Shown in pieces: positions 30,773 to 39,424 of a stretch of 64,000 bases of DNA (its first letter is position 1; each line of letters opens with the position of its first letter). Source of the stretch: Steroidobacterales bacterium. GTDB taxonomy: Bacteria > Pseudomonadota > Gammaproteobacteria > Steroidobacterales > Steroidobacteraceae. The notes under the pieces are model-generated. The model was not told where the DNA came from. It worked only from the letters and a program-made list of their open reading frames with translations, and did not search any database. The stretch lies in the NCBI GenBank assembly GCA_038234675.1, contig JBBQTF010000003.1:59360-123359 (forward strand). Reading direction: 5' to 3'. The position numbers and the translations under genes were made by a program.

Positions 30773-31753
30773 TTACCCCTGCAGTGTGCCGACCAACTGC
30801 TGCACGTTCGCCAGCTGCGCTTCGCGAAGATAGGCAGCGATGCCCTGATTGATCTGCGGACAGATCAGGGGCTCGTAAAAAAGCGCGGTGCCAATCCCGA
30901 CCAGGCTGGCGCCTGCGATCAGAAATTCGATCGCGTCCGTGGCGTTGGCAATTCCGCCCTGGCCGATGATTGGAATGTCGTGTGGCCGCGCCACTTCGTA
31001 GACCTCACGCACCTTGAGCAGCGCGATGGGCTTGATGGCCGGGCCGGACAAGCCCCCGTGGATGTTTCCCAGCACCGCCCGGCGCGTGCGCGCATCGATC
31101 GCCATGCCGGTCACGGTGTTGATCACCGCGAAGGCGTCGGTGCCGGCCTCGATGCAGCGGCGCGCGTTCTCGCGGATGTCGGTCTGGTTCGGGGAGAGCT
31201 TGGTGATCAGGGGCTTGCGCGTGAGTGCGCGACAGGCCGCCACCACGCGCGCCGACATCTCCGGTACATTGCCAAATTGAACTCCGCCTTGCTTGATATT
31301 GGGACAGGAAATGTTGATCTCGATCGCGTCAATGGGCGAATCGTCGAAGCGCCGGGTGACTTCCACGTACTCCTCGATGGTCGAGCCACAGACGTTGGCA
31401 ATAAAACGGGTCTCGCTGAAATCGAGCGAAGGCAGGATGGTGCGCACGACGTGCTCGACGCCCGGATTTTGCAGGCCGATGGCGTTGAGCATGCCCTCGG
31501 AGGTCTCGGCCAGACGATGGGGCGGGTTGCCAAGTCGTGCCTTGCCCGTGGTGCCCTTGAGCACGATCGCGCCCACTTCACGGTTGGAGAAGCCGGCGAC
31601 CCGGGTGTATTCCTCGCCAAATCCCACGCAGCCTGACAGCAATACGATGGGTGAGGCCAGCTCCAGACCGCAAAAGCGCGTCATGAGGGCGGCGGGGAGG
31701 ACGCCCGTGGGCGCGCTGGCTGAGGCGGTGGGCGCGGCACTCATGGGCGCCAA
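30773..31753 (-). CDS. pyrD: class 1 (1B-like) dihydroorotate dehydrogenase catalytic subunit
   Basis: 326 aa. It has SGCVGFGEEY, NAIGLQNPGV, NISCPN (the Cys catalytic base of class 1) and GGLSGPAIKP. Confidence 0.8.
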   Translation of the reverse strand: MAPMSAAPTASASAPTGVLPAALMTRFCGLELASPIVLLSGCVGFGEEYTRVAGFSNREVGAIVLKGTTGKARLGNPPHRLAETSEGMLNAIGLQNPGVEHVVRTILPSLDFSETRFIANVCGSTIEEYVEVTRRFDDSPIDAIEINISCPNIKQGGVQFGNVPEMSARVVAACRALTRKPLITKLSPNQTDIRENARRCIEAGTDAFAVINTVTGMAIDARTRRAVLGNIHGGLSGPAIKPIALLKVREVYEVARPHDIPIIGQGGIANATDAIEFLIAGASLVGIGTALFYEPLICPQINQGIAAYLREAQLANVQQLVGTLQG

Positions 31754-31773
31754 TTATCGCCTGAATGTGGACC

Positions 31774-32229
31774 ATGTTTGAGGTGATTCTGTATCGGCCG
31801 GAGATTCCGCCCAACACCGGCAACATCATTCGCCTGTGCGCAAATACCGGCTCGCACCTGCACCTGATCGAGCCGCTAGGGTTTAACTTGGAACAGCGCG
31901 AATTGCGCCGCGCCGGCCTCGATTACGCCGATCTTGCGGTGGTCCAGATACACCGCGACCTGCAGGCGTGCCTGGCGGCGCTTAGCGGCGCGAGACTCTA
32001 CGCGGTGGAGACCGCCGGAACCCGACTTTACAGTGCGGTGCAGTTCCGGCGCGGCGATGCCTTGCTGTTTGGGCAGGAAACTCGTGGGCTGCCCCAAGAG
32101 GTTTTGCAAAGCGTCGTACCGGAGAATGTGCTCAGCATACCGATGCGGCCGGGAAACCGAAGCCTCAACCTGTCCAACGCCGTCGCACTGGTGGTGTACG
32201 AGGCCTGGCGTCAGCAGGGCTTCGCCTAA
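31774..32229 (+). CDS. trmL: tRNA (cytidine/uridine-2'-O)-methyltransferase TrmL
   Basis: MFEVILYRPEIPPNTGNIIRLCANTG matches the SPOUT TrmL N-terminus. The start is taken at the fourth codon of the tracked ORF. Confidence 0.88.
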   Translation: MFEVILYRPEIPPNTGNIIRLCANTGSHLHLIEPLGFNLEQRELRRAGLDYADLAVVQIHRDLQACLAALSGARLYAVETAGTRLYSAVQFRRGDALLFGQETRGLPQEVLQSVVPENVLSIPMRPGNRSLNLSNAVALVVYEAWRQQGFA

Positions 32230-32239
32230 GGAGCAGGGT

Positions 32240-33253
32240 TCAGTCGAATTCGGGCCGGATCGGTCGCATCATCAGGCCGCGCACGACCTCGTCCGCTGGC
32301 AGTCCGGAGTAGAGCACGGCGTAGATGCCCGCGCAGATCGGCATCGTGACCCGCTCACGCTGCGCCACTTGGTGCAAAGCCCGCGCCGCGCCGTAACCTT
32401 CCACGATCTGGCCGATCTCGGTGAGCGCCGCCTCTTTGCCCAGTCCCTGGGCCAGCAGCAGGCCGAAGCGACGGTTGCGCGACTGATCGTCGGTGCAGGT
32501 CAGCACCAGATCGCCCAGTCCCGCCAGGCCCATAAAAGTCTCGCGCTGCGCGCCGAGGGTAACGCCCAACCGGGTCATCTCCACCAAGCCGCGCGTGATC
32601 AGCGCAATGCGCGAGTTGGCCCCGAACCCTAATCCGTCGGAGAGCCCCGCACCAATGGCGAGGACGTTCTTCACCGCACCGCCCACCTCGACGCCGACGA
32701 TGTCGGTCGAGGTGTAGGCACGGAAGGCGGGGGTCGAAAAATCATGCGCGAGCTGCTCGGCATAATCCGCATCGCGCGAGGCGATGGTCATCGCCGTAGG
32801 CAGGCTTGCGCCCACTTCGCGCGCGAAGGTGGGCCCGGAGAGCACCGCAGTTAGTCGCCCGGTGCCCAGGACTTCCCGGGCGACCTCATCCGGGAGGCGT
32901 CCGCTGCTGATCTCAAATCCCTTGGTGGCCCAGCACAAGCGCTGGCCCGCGGTGAGCAGATCGCGAATCGCGGTTAACAGTTCCCGAAACGCGTGGCTGG
33001 GAACGGCGATCAGCACGTCCTCGGCCTGCGCCAGCGCGCCCTTCAGTTCGCTCGCCACCTGCAGGTTGTCGGGAAACCCCGCCTCGGGCAGGTAGCGCTG
33101 GTTGACGCGTGCCTGTTGCATCGCGTGGCGATGGGCTTGTCCACGTCCCCACAGCCGCACGAGATGGCCCGCGCGTGCGAGTTGGATGGCGAGCGCCGTG
33201 CCCCACGAGCCCGCTCCCAGCACCGCGATCTGTGAGGGCGACTCGACGTTCAC
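32240..33253 (-). CDS. gpsA: NAD(P)H-dependent glycerol-3-phosphate dehydrogenase
   Basis: 337 aa with the GAGSWGTALA Rossmann motif, in secB-gpsA synteny. Confidence 0.95.
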   Translation of the reverse strand: MNVESPSQIAVLGAGSWGTALAIQLARAGHLVRLWGRGQAHRHAMQQARVNQRYLPEAGFPDNLQVASELKGALAQAEDVLIAVPSHAFRELLTAIRDLLTAGQRLCWATKGFEISSGRLPDEVAREVLGTGRLTAVLSGPTFAREVGASLPTAMTIASRDADYAEQLAHDFSTPAFRAYTSTDIVGVEVGGAVKNVLAIGAGLSDGLGFGANSRIALITRGLVEMTRLGVTLGAQRETFMGLAGLGDLVLTCTDDQSRNRRFGLLLAQGLGKEAALTEIGQIVEGYGAARALHQVAQRERVTMPICAGIYAVLYSGLPADEVVRGLMMRPIRPEFD

Positions 33254-33255
33254 GA

Positions 33256-33732
33256 TCAGTTTTTTGCGAGGCCTGTGGTCTGGTTGGCGCCCGCGGCGAA
33301 CAACATTTCGAAGTTGACCGGCGGCAACAGCAACTGCGGAAAGCCGCCCTGGCTTACCAAGTGTGAAACGACCGCCCGCGCATAGGGAAACAATACGCCC
33401 GGGCAGACCACCCCCACGGCACGCCGAAAATCCGGTTCGGCCAGGTTCTGCATCAGGAACGCCCCGCCCTGCTTGACCTCCGCGAGAAACATGGTCTGCT
33501 CGCCTTGCTTCGCCGAGACAGTCACGGTGAGCAACACCTCATGCAGGTCGCCTGAAATGTTGCTGACCGCCGTGTTGATGTCCAGTCCGATCTGGGGGCT
33601 CCACTCCCCGGTGATGCGCGGGCCCTGTGGGGCCTCGAAGGAGCAATCCTTGAGATAAACCGCCTGCATGGTCAGGGTTATGCCGGCGCCGGCGGCGGCG
33701 TCATTGGCGGATTGTGGTGCTTCGATGCTCAT
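33256..33732 (-). CDS. secB: protein-export chaperone SecB
   Basis: 158 aa, with typical SecB length and sequence pattern. It lies between grxC and gpsA. Confidence 0.92.
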   Translation of the reverse strand: MSIEAPQSANDAAAGAGITLTMQAVYLKDCSFEAPQGPRITGEWSPQIGLDINTAVSNISGDLHEVLLTVTVSAKQGEQTMFLAEVKQGGAFLMQNLAEPDFRRAVGVVCPGVLFPYARAVVSHLVSQGGFPQLLLPPVNFEMLFAAGANQTTGLAKN

Positions 33733-33783
33733 CGTTAGGATTTCCTTGGTAGTTGCAGGCGAATGCTCTGTACGCGGCGTTCA

Positions 33784-34044
33784 TCAGCCGGCCAGCAGTG
33801 GGTCGAGTTCACCGGCGGCGTCCAGATCATACAAATCATCCGATCCGCCGATGTGGCGCTCGCCGATAAAAATCTGTGGCACCGTGTGACGACCACTGCG
33901 CTTGATCATCTCGGCGCGGCGCTCGGGGTGTTCTTCCAGGCTGATTTCCTCAAAGTGTACGCCCTTGCCGCGCAGCAGGGTGCGCGCGAACTCGCAATAA
34001 GGGCACCAGGAGTTGGCATACATTTCAATCTTGGGTGCGGCCAT
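33784..34044 (-). CDS. grxC: glutaredoxin 3
   Basis: The internal Met gives 86 aa with the CPYC active site and TVPQIFIG. The upstream part of the tracked 143-aa ORF is Arg/Ala-rich filler. Confidence 0.92.
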   Translation of the reverse strand: MAAPKIEMYANSWCPYCEFARTLLRGKGVHFEEISLEEHPERRAEMIKRSGRHTVPQIFIGERHIGGSDDLYDLDAAGELDPLLAG

Positions 34045-34085
34045 TATCGGCGGGGGGGAAGAGGTGCGCGTCACTAGCCGCCAGT

Positions 34086-34508
34086 CTAGTCGCGCGCCAC
34101 CGGCAGCTGCTCGGCGCGCCAGGCATTCAAGCCGCCGCGCAAATTGACCACCTTGCCAAAACCCTGTTGCGAGAGTTGTCGCATCGCCGCGCTGGCGTTG
34201 GCTCCGCGCTCGCAATACACGATGACCGGTTTGTCCTTGTAGCGTTTGAGGCTGTCGAGCCCGTCGGCGAGACGCCCAAGCGGCAGACTGCGCGCACCGC
34301 GGATGTGGCCGGCCGCGTAGTCCTCGCTGTCACGCACATCCAGCAGTGCAGCGCCCTGATTCATGAGCCGCACCGCGTCCTGGGGCGAAACCGCGCCCGC
34401 GCGCTGGGCGCGTTCGCGCCATTCGTAAATCAGTACCGCGATGACCGCGGCCACGGCGAGCAGGCTCAAGGCCTGATGGTGGGCGGTGTATTCGAGCAGG
34501 CGCTGCAT
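34086..34508 (-). CDS. rhodanese-domain membrane-anchored sulfurtransferase (YibN-like)
   Basis: The internal Met gives 140 aa, with an N-terminal TM and the rhodanese loop VIVYCERGANAS. It sits in yibN-grxC-secB-gpsA synteny. Confidence 0.8.
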   Translation of the reverse strand: MQRLLEYTAHHQALSLLAVAAVIAVLIYEWRERAQRAGAVSPQDAVRLMNQGAALLDVRDSEDYAAGHIRGARSLPLGRLADGLDSLKRYKDKPVIVYCERGANASAAMRQLSQQGFGKVVNLRGGLNAWRAEQLPVARD

Positions 34509-34593
34509 GGGTGGATGTGGGTCCGTGGGGTTAGACTGGCGCCGCGTTGAAGCGGGCCGCGCATTATAGCCTCGCTGCGTTAGACTTTTCCGT

Positions 34594-35760
34594 ATGGCAC
34601 TGCCGCGCCCACTGATTTTCCTGCTGATATTGCTGGTCCTGTGGCCCTTGGATCCGCCGCGTGCGCCCGCGGCCGCACCATCGGCCGACCGGACCCAGGC
34701 GCAGTTGCGGGCGCTCAAGGAGCGGATCGAGCGCGTCAGTCGTGACGTGGGACGTGACGCCGTGGAGAAAGACCGCCTGGCGCGCAATCTGCGCAGCGCG
34801 GAATTGGCGGTGGCGTCGGCCCAGACCGAACTGGACGGGCTGCGCACGCAGGAAGCGGCGCACACCACGCAACGCGCGCAGCTCGCCGGGGAGAAAGAGC
34901 GCATCAGCGCCTCGTTGGCGCGCGAACGCGACAGCCTCGCCACGCAGCTGCAGGTGGCCTACCAGATCGGGCGGCATGAACCGCTGCAACTTCTACTCAA
35001 CCAGCGCGACCCCGCCGGGGTCGCGCGGATGTTCACCTGGTACGGATATTTCGGTCGGGCGCGAGCCGCGCAGATTGAAGGTATTGCGCAGCAGGTGAAG
35101 CGTATCGACGAACTTGACGCAGCGCTGGCCGAGCAGGAAAAAGCGCTCGCACAACTGCACCTCGCCAAAAAAGAGCGACTCGCGCAACTGCAAGGCGGTC
35201 GTGCGCAACGCCAGAGCGCACTCACTAATTTGCAGGTTGAGGCCCACTCGCGCCAGGCAAGCCTGACGCGCCTGCGCGCGCAACAGGCGGACCTGGAACA
35301 CTTGTTGCGCGAACTCGCCCGGGCCGTGCCCCCGAGCGCGCCGATCGATGACAGCAGCGGCTTTGGTCGCCTGCGCGGACGGCTCGACTGGCCGGTCGCC
35401 GGACGCGTGGTTGCGAGCTATGGCGAGACGCGCGCCAGCGGCGTGGACTGGGACGGCATGGTCCTCTCCACTGAACGCTCCGCGCCCGTGCACGCGGTGG
35501 CGGCCGGGCGCGTGATCTACGCCGATTGGCTCCCGGGACTGGGACTGCTGACCATCGTGGACCACGGCTCGGGGTACTTAAGTTTATATGGCTACAACGA
35601 CCAGCTGCGCCGCTCCGCGGGGGAGGCGGTGGCCGCCGGCGATGTCATCGCGGCGGCCGGCGACAGCGGCGGACGTCCCGAGCCGCAGCTTTACTTCGAA
35701 ATTCGCCGCGGCGGCAAGCCGATCGACCCGCGCCCCTGGTTTCGTCAGCGCCGTCCTTGA
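34594..35760 (+). CDS. envC: murein hydrolase activator EnvC (coiled-coil plus M23/LytM domain)
   Basis: 388 aa with a signal sequence, long coiled coils and a C-terminal LytM domain (GVDWDGMV...IVDHGSGYLSLYGY). Confidence 0.85.
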   Translation: MALPRPLIFLLILLVLWPLDPPRAPAAAPSADRTQAQLRALKERIERVSRDVGRDAVEKDRLARNLRSAELAVASAQTELDGLRTQEAAHTTQRAQLAGEKERISASLARERDSLATQLQVAYQIGRHEPLQLLLNQRDPAGVARMFTWYGYFGRARAAQIEGIAQQVKRIDELDAALAEQEKALAQLHLAKKERLAQLQGGRAQRQSALTNLQVEAHSRQASLTRLRAQQADLEHLLRELARAVPPSAPIDDSSGFGRLRGRLDWPVAGRVVASYGETRASGVDWDGMVLSTERSAPVHAVAAGRVIYADWLPGLGLLTIVDHGSGYLSLYGYNDQLRRSAGEAVAAGDVIAAAGDSGGRPEPQLYFEIRRGGKPIDPRPWFRQRRP

Positions 35761-35902
35761 GGCGCCGCGCTGCATTGGGACCTGCGTCACAGTGGGCGGC
35801 GCGCCAGAGGCGTAGGCCGTTTCACCCTATTTGACTAAAGCGCGAACCCGGTCAAGGTTACTCGCTGCGCTTTGCCCGATGCTTGCCCGTGGCAATTGAC
35901 CC

Positions 35903-38164
35903 ATGATTTCCGACACTCCGACAGCAGGGGCCGGCGAAGCGGCGGCCGATTACGAGGCCTACACGCGGCTGCTCCGTGCGTTGCTGCCGCGCCTGACTGG
36001 CGTGTCCTTGTTTGATGCGCAGGGCGAAGTGATCTGGTCGAGCGACATGGTGGCCGACACCGCGCTGCCTAAGCTAATTGTCGATTCGATGCGCACCGCC
36101 TGTGACAGTCCCGGGACGCCTGGTGTGCTGATCAACGACAACGAGCCGATATACATCTTCTGGCTGTGGCGCGCGGGCGAGAACGCGCCCAATCCGCCAC
36201 GCGCGGCGGTAGTACTGCGTTGCAAGGCAGGCTCGCAGTCCGATCAGCGGACGGTGGCGTTTGTACACGCCCTGGTGCGTCCGGCGCTGGAAATTCTGGC
36301 ACGCGAGCTGATGAACAAGGACCAGATAAAGAACCTGCACGGCTCGCTGGCCGAGCAGGAGGGCGACCTGGACATGCTCTTGTCGGTCAGCGCCGGAGAC
36401 GCCGCCAGCGACGATATCGGGGGCGATGAACTAAAGGCAATCCTGCGCGCGGCGGTTGAGCGGATCCGGGCAGGCCTGGTTGCGATCATCGTTCCGGACA
36501 AGGGCCTGGTGATGGTGCGGCGCGAGCCCAAGCATGCTATCGACGCCAGCCTGGTCGCACGCGCTCACCGCCATCTGATGTCGACCGCGCAACTGAGCAG
36601 CGAGCCGGTCATCGTCAATAACATGAACCTCAAGGCCGGGAAAGACACTCATTCCTACCGCGTCCTATCCTGCCCCATCACCCGGTCCGACGAGCGCGCG
36701 ATCGGGGTACTGGCATTATTCCGGCCGCTGACCATGCCCGAATTCACGCCGCGCCAGGCGCGGCTCAGCGAACTGCTCGCGCAGCGCGTGGCCACCGTCA
36801 TTGCCGGCAGCTACGACGCCCTGACGGGGCTGTTGAACCGGCCGGCCTTTGAACATCGTGTGCAAAGCACGCTGCGGCAACCCAACAGCGCGCAGCGCTG
36901 GTGGAGCGCGCTGGCGATCGACACCAACCGGATGCACGTCATCAATGACAACTACGGCATGCACGTCGGTGACAAGGTCATCGCACAATTGGGAGAGCTG
37001 ATCCGCAATCGACTGCCCCCGGGCGCCTTGGCGGCGCGAATATCCGGGGACCGGTTCGCGATACTGCTGCCGATCGGCCTGGACAATGCAGCGAGCTTCG
37101 CCGAGTCGGTGCGACAAGCGGCTGAGCAGCTCGGGACCACGATCGGAGATGGCACCCTGGTCGTATCGATCAGCGTCGGCGTCGCGGCCATTGAGCCGCG
37201 CGCGCAGGAATTCACCCACGCCTTCGCCGCCGCCGAAACCGCGTGCAAGACGGCCAACGATCGCGGCCGCAATCGCGTGGAAATTTTCCAGGAGGCCGAC
37301 GAGAGCCTGATCAGGCGCTTCGCGGACATCAACGTCATCACGGATTTGCGCGCCGCCATCACCGACGGCCGCCTGCACCTGTATGCGCAGGTGCTGTTAC
37401 CGCTGGGCGGCTCGAAGAGCAAGCCGCACTTTGAATTACTATTGCGCATGTTCGATGCGCAGAACGAGACCGTGGGTCCGAGTCATTTCATGTCGGCTGC
37501 CCACCGCTACCAGCTCATGTCAGAGATCGACCGCTGGGTGGTTTCCGAGGCGCTCAATCTGCTCAAGCCACACGCGCAGTTGCTGGCCAGCAGTGGCATC
37601 GTATTCACGATCAATTGCGACGGACAGTCACTCAAGGACGACGCCTTCACCAATTTTCTGGAGAGCGAGATCATCAAAAGCGGCATCAATCCCGCGGCAC
37701 TTTGTTTCGAACTCACGGAAAGCGCCGCTGTCGGAAATCTAAGTCACGCGGAGACGCTGATGCGGCGCCTGCGAAAACTAGGCTGCGGCATCGCACTCGA
37801 TGATTTCGGTACCGGCTTAAGCTCGCTCGCCTATCTGCGCTCCCTGCCGATTTCGATGCTCAAGATCGACGGCAGTTTCGTGCGCGACGTGCTCAAGGAT
37901 CCGAAGGCCGAATCCACCATCCAGGCGATCGCCCAGCTGGCGCGCGCCATGGCATTGACCACCGTGGCCGAATACGTGGAGACCGACGAGATCCGCTATC
38001 GCATCGCCAAGCTCGGCGTGGACTACGGCCAGGGTTTTGCCATAGGCAAGCCGGTGCCTATCGCCGACGTGCTGGAGCAGTTGCCGCTGTATGCGGCGGT
38101 CTCCGAGGCGCCGTTGGAAAATATTGATGTACGTGAGGCCTCTCCCGTCGCTCAAGCCATGTAG
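35903..38164 (+). CDS. GAF-GGDEF-EAL signalling protein (c-di-GMP turnover)
   Basis: 753 aa. The GGDEF domain has the degenerate motif SGDRF. The EAL domain has SEAL, ELTES, DDFGTG and the KIDGSF blocks. Confidence 0.85.
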   Translation: MISDTPTAGAGEAAADYEAYTRLLRALLPRLTGVSLFDAQGEVIWSSDMVADTALPKLIVDSMRTACDSPGTPGVLINDNEPIYIFWLWRAGENAPNPPRAAVVLRCKAGSQSDQRTVAFVHALVRPALEILARELMNKDQIKNLHGSLAEQEGDLDMLLSVSAGDAASDDIGGDELKAILRAAVERIRAGLVAIIVPDKGLVMVRREPKHAIDASLVARAHRHLMSTAQLSSEPVIVNNMNLKAGKDTHSYRVLSCPITRSDERAIGVLALFRPLTMPEFTPRQARLSELLAQRVATVIAGSYDALTGLLNRPAFEHRVQSTLRQPNSAQRWWSALAIDTNRMHVINDNYGMHVGDKVIAQLGELIRNRLPPGALAARISGDRFAILLPIGLDNAASFAESVRQAAEQLGTTIGDGTLVVSISVGVAAIEPRAQEFTHAFAAAETACKTANDRGRNRVEIFQEADESLIRRFADINVITDLRAAITDGRLHLYAQVLLPLGGSKSKPHFELLLRMFDAQNETVGPSHFMSAAHRYQLMSEIDRWVVSEALNLLKPHAQLLASSGIVFTINCDGQSLKDDAFTNFLESEIIKSGINPAALCFELTESAAVGNLSHAETLMRRLRKLGCGIALDDFGTGLSSLAYLRSLPISMLKIDGSFVRDVLKDPKAESTIQAIAQLARAMALTTVAEYVETDEIRYRIAKLGVDYGQGFAIGKPVPIADVLEQLPLYAAVSEAPLENIDVREASPVAQAM

Positions 38165-38238
38165 TATCCGCCAGGCATGTATGCGGCGCGGCGTTCCCCT
38201 CAAGTAACCTCTGTGACCAGTGCGGGCCGGCGACGCGG

Positions 38239-38928
38239 TTGCGTTGCGGCCGGCGCGGGACTGGTCCGGTGACAGCGCTGCAATGGCTGTCCGATGTCGT
38301 GCTGCATCTGGATCGTCACCTGGTCGAGCTCGTCGCGCGCTACGACTTGTGGATCTACGCGCTGCTGTTCCTGATCATCTTTGCCGAGACCGGCCTGGTG
38401 GTCACGCCCTTTCTGCCCGGGGACTCACTGCTCTTCGGGTGCGGGGCTCTGGCCGCCGTCGACACCACGCATACGCTGCACCTGTCCTGGCTGTTTCTGC
38501 TGCTGGCAGGGGCGGCGATCGCCGGGAACAGCGTCAACTACCACATCGGGCGATACGTGGGGCGGCGCGCCTTCGACGGCAAGCACCGCCTGTTCAAGCT
38601 CGAGCATCTGCAACGCGCCGAGAGCTACTTCCTGCGCCGCGGCGGCTTGGCGATCGCGGTGTCGCGCTTTATGCCGGTGGTGCGCACCTTCATGCCTTTC
38701 GTGGCGGGCATCAGCCGCATGCCTGAGGGGCGTTTCCAGCTGTTCAATGTCGTCGGGGCGGTGGCGTGGGCGGGATCGTTCCTGAGCGGGGGTTTCCTGT
38801 TTGGCAATCTTCCGATCGTAAAGAATAATTTTGGCCTCGTGACGCTGTCGATTGTCGGCCTGTCGCTGTTGCCGCTGTTGTGGATGATGTTCATCGATCA
38901 TCGCCGTGGCACAGAACACCGTGGCTGA
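38239..38928 (+). CDS. DedA-family membrane protein
   Basis: It has IIFAETGLVVTPFLPGDSLLF and RFMPVVRTFMPFVAG. The true start may be the GTG at about 38269. Confidence 0.8.
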   Translation: MRCGRRGTGPVTALQWLSDVVLHLDRHLVELVARYDLWIYALLFLIIFAETGLVVTPFLPGDSLLFGCGALAAVDTTHTLHLSWLFLLLAGAAIAGNSVNYHIGRYVGRRAFDGKHRLFKLEHLQRAESYFLRRGGLAIAVSRFMPVVRTFMPFVAGISRMPEGRFQLFNVVGAVAWAGSFLSGGFLFGNLPIVKNNFGLVTLSIVGLSLLPLLWMMFIDHRRGTEHRG

Positions 38929-39400
38929 ACGTACTCGCGGTTACGCGCATCGGGTCAACGTCAACGCTCCGATCGAATTGCTGTGGCGTGGCCTGATCGA
39001 GCCGGAGCTACTGGCCCTGTGGTGCGGCCCCGGACCGCGCGTTACCGCGCGGGCCGCGGGGAGTTTCTATGTGCGCCTCAACGGCGATCTGGAACGCGAG
39101 GCGCTCATCGATGTGTTCGAGCCGGCGCGGAGGCTGCGTCTGATTTATTTGCCGCCCCGTGACCTGGCGGGCAGCGAGGCGGTGATCATCGATGATTTCA
39201 TACTCGACACCGAGCAGGGCGTCGCCGTGCTACGACTGCTCGGGTCGGGCTTTCCGCAGGACGCCCTGTGGGAACCCCTGTTCGTTCGTTTGCGCGCAGG
39301 CTGGGCGCTGGCGCTCGCGCGCCTTAAAGTGTGCATGGAGCAAATCGCCAGCGGCAAGGTGCCCGGCAAGTTCCAACCGCCCGCCGCTCCTAAGGAATAG
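38906..39400 (+). CDS. SRPBCC-superfamily (AHSA1/START-like) protein
   Basis: 164 aa. The pattern ...VNAPIELLWRGLIEPELLALW... and the length fit the family. This is a weak call made by eye. Confidence 0.5.
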   Translation: MAQNTVAERTRGYAHRVNVNAPIELLWRGLIEPELLALWCGPGPRVTARAAGSFYVRLNGDLEREALIDVFEPARRLRLIYLPPRDLAGSEAVIIDDFILDTEQGVAVLRLLGSGFPQDALWEPLFVRLRAGWALALARLKVCMEQIASGKVPGKFQPPAAPKE

Positions 39401-39424
39401 TTCAGATAGTACTTATCAGGGTTG

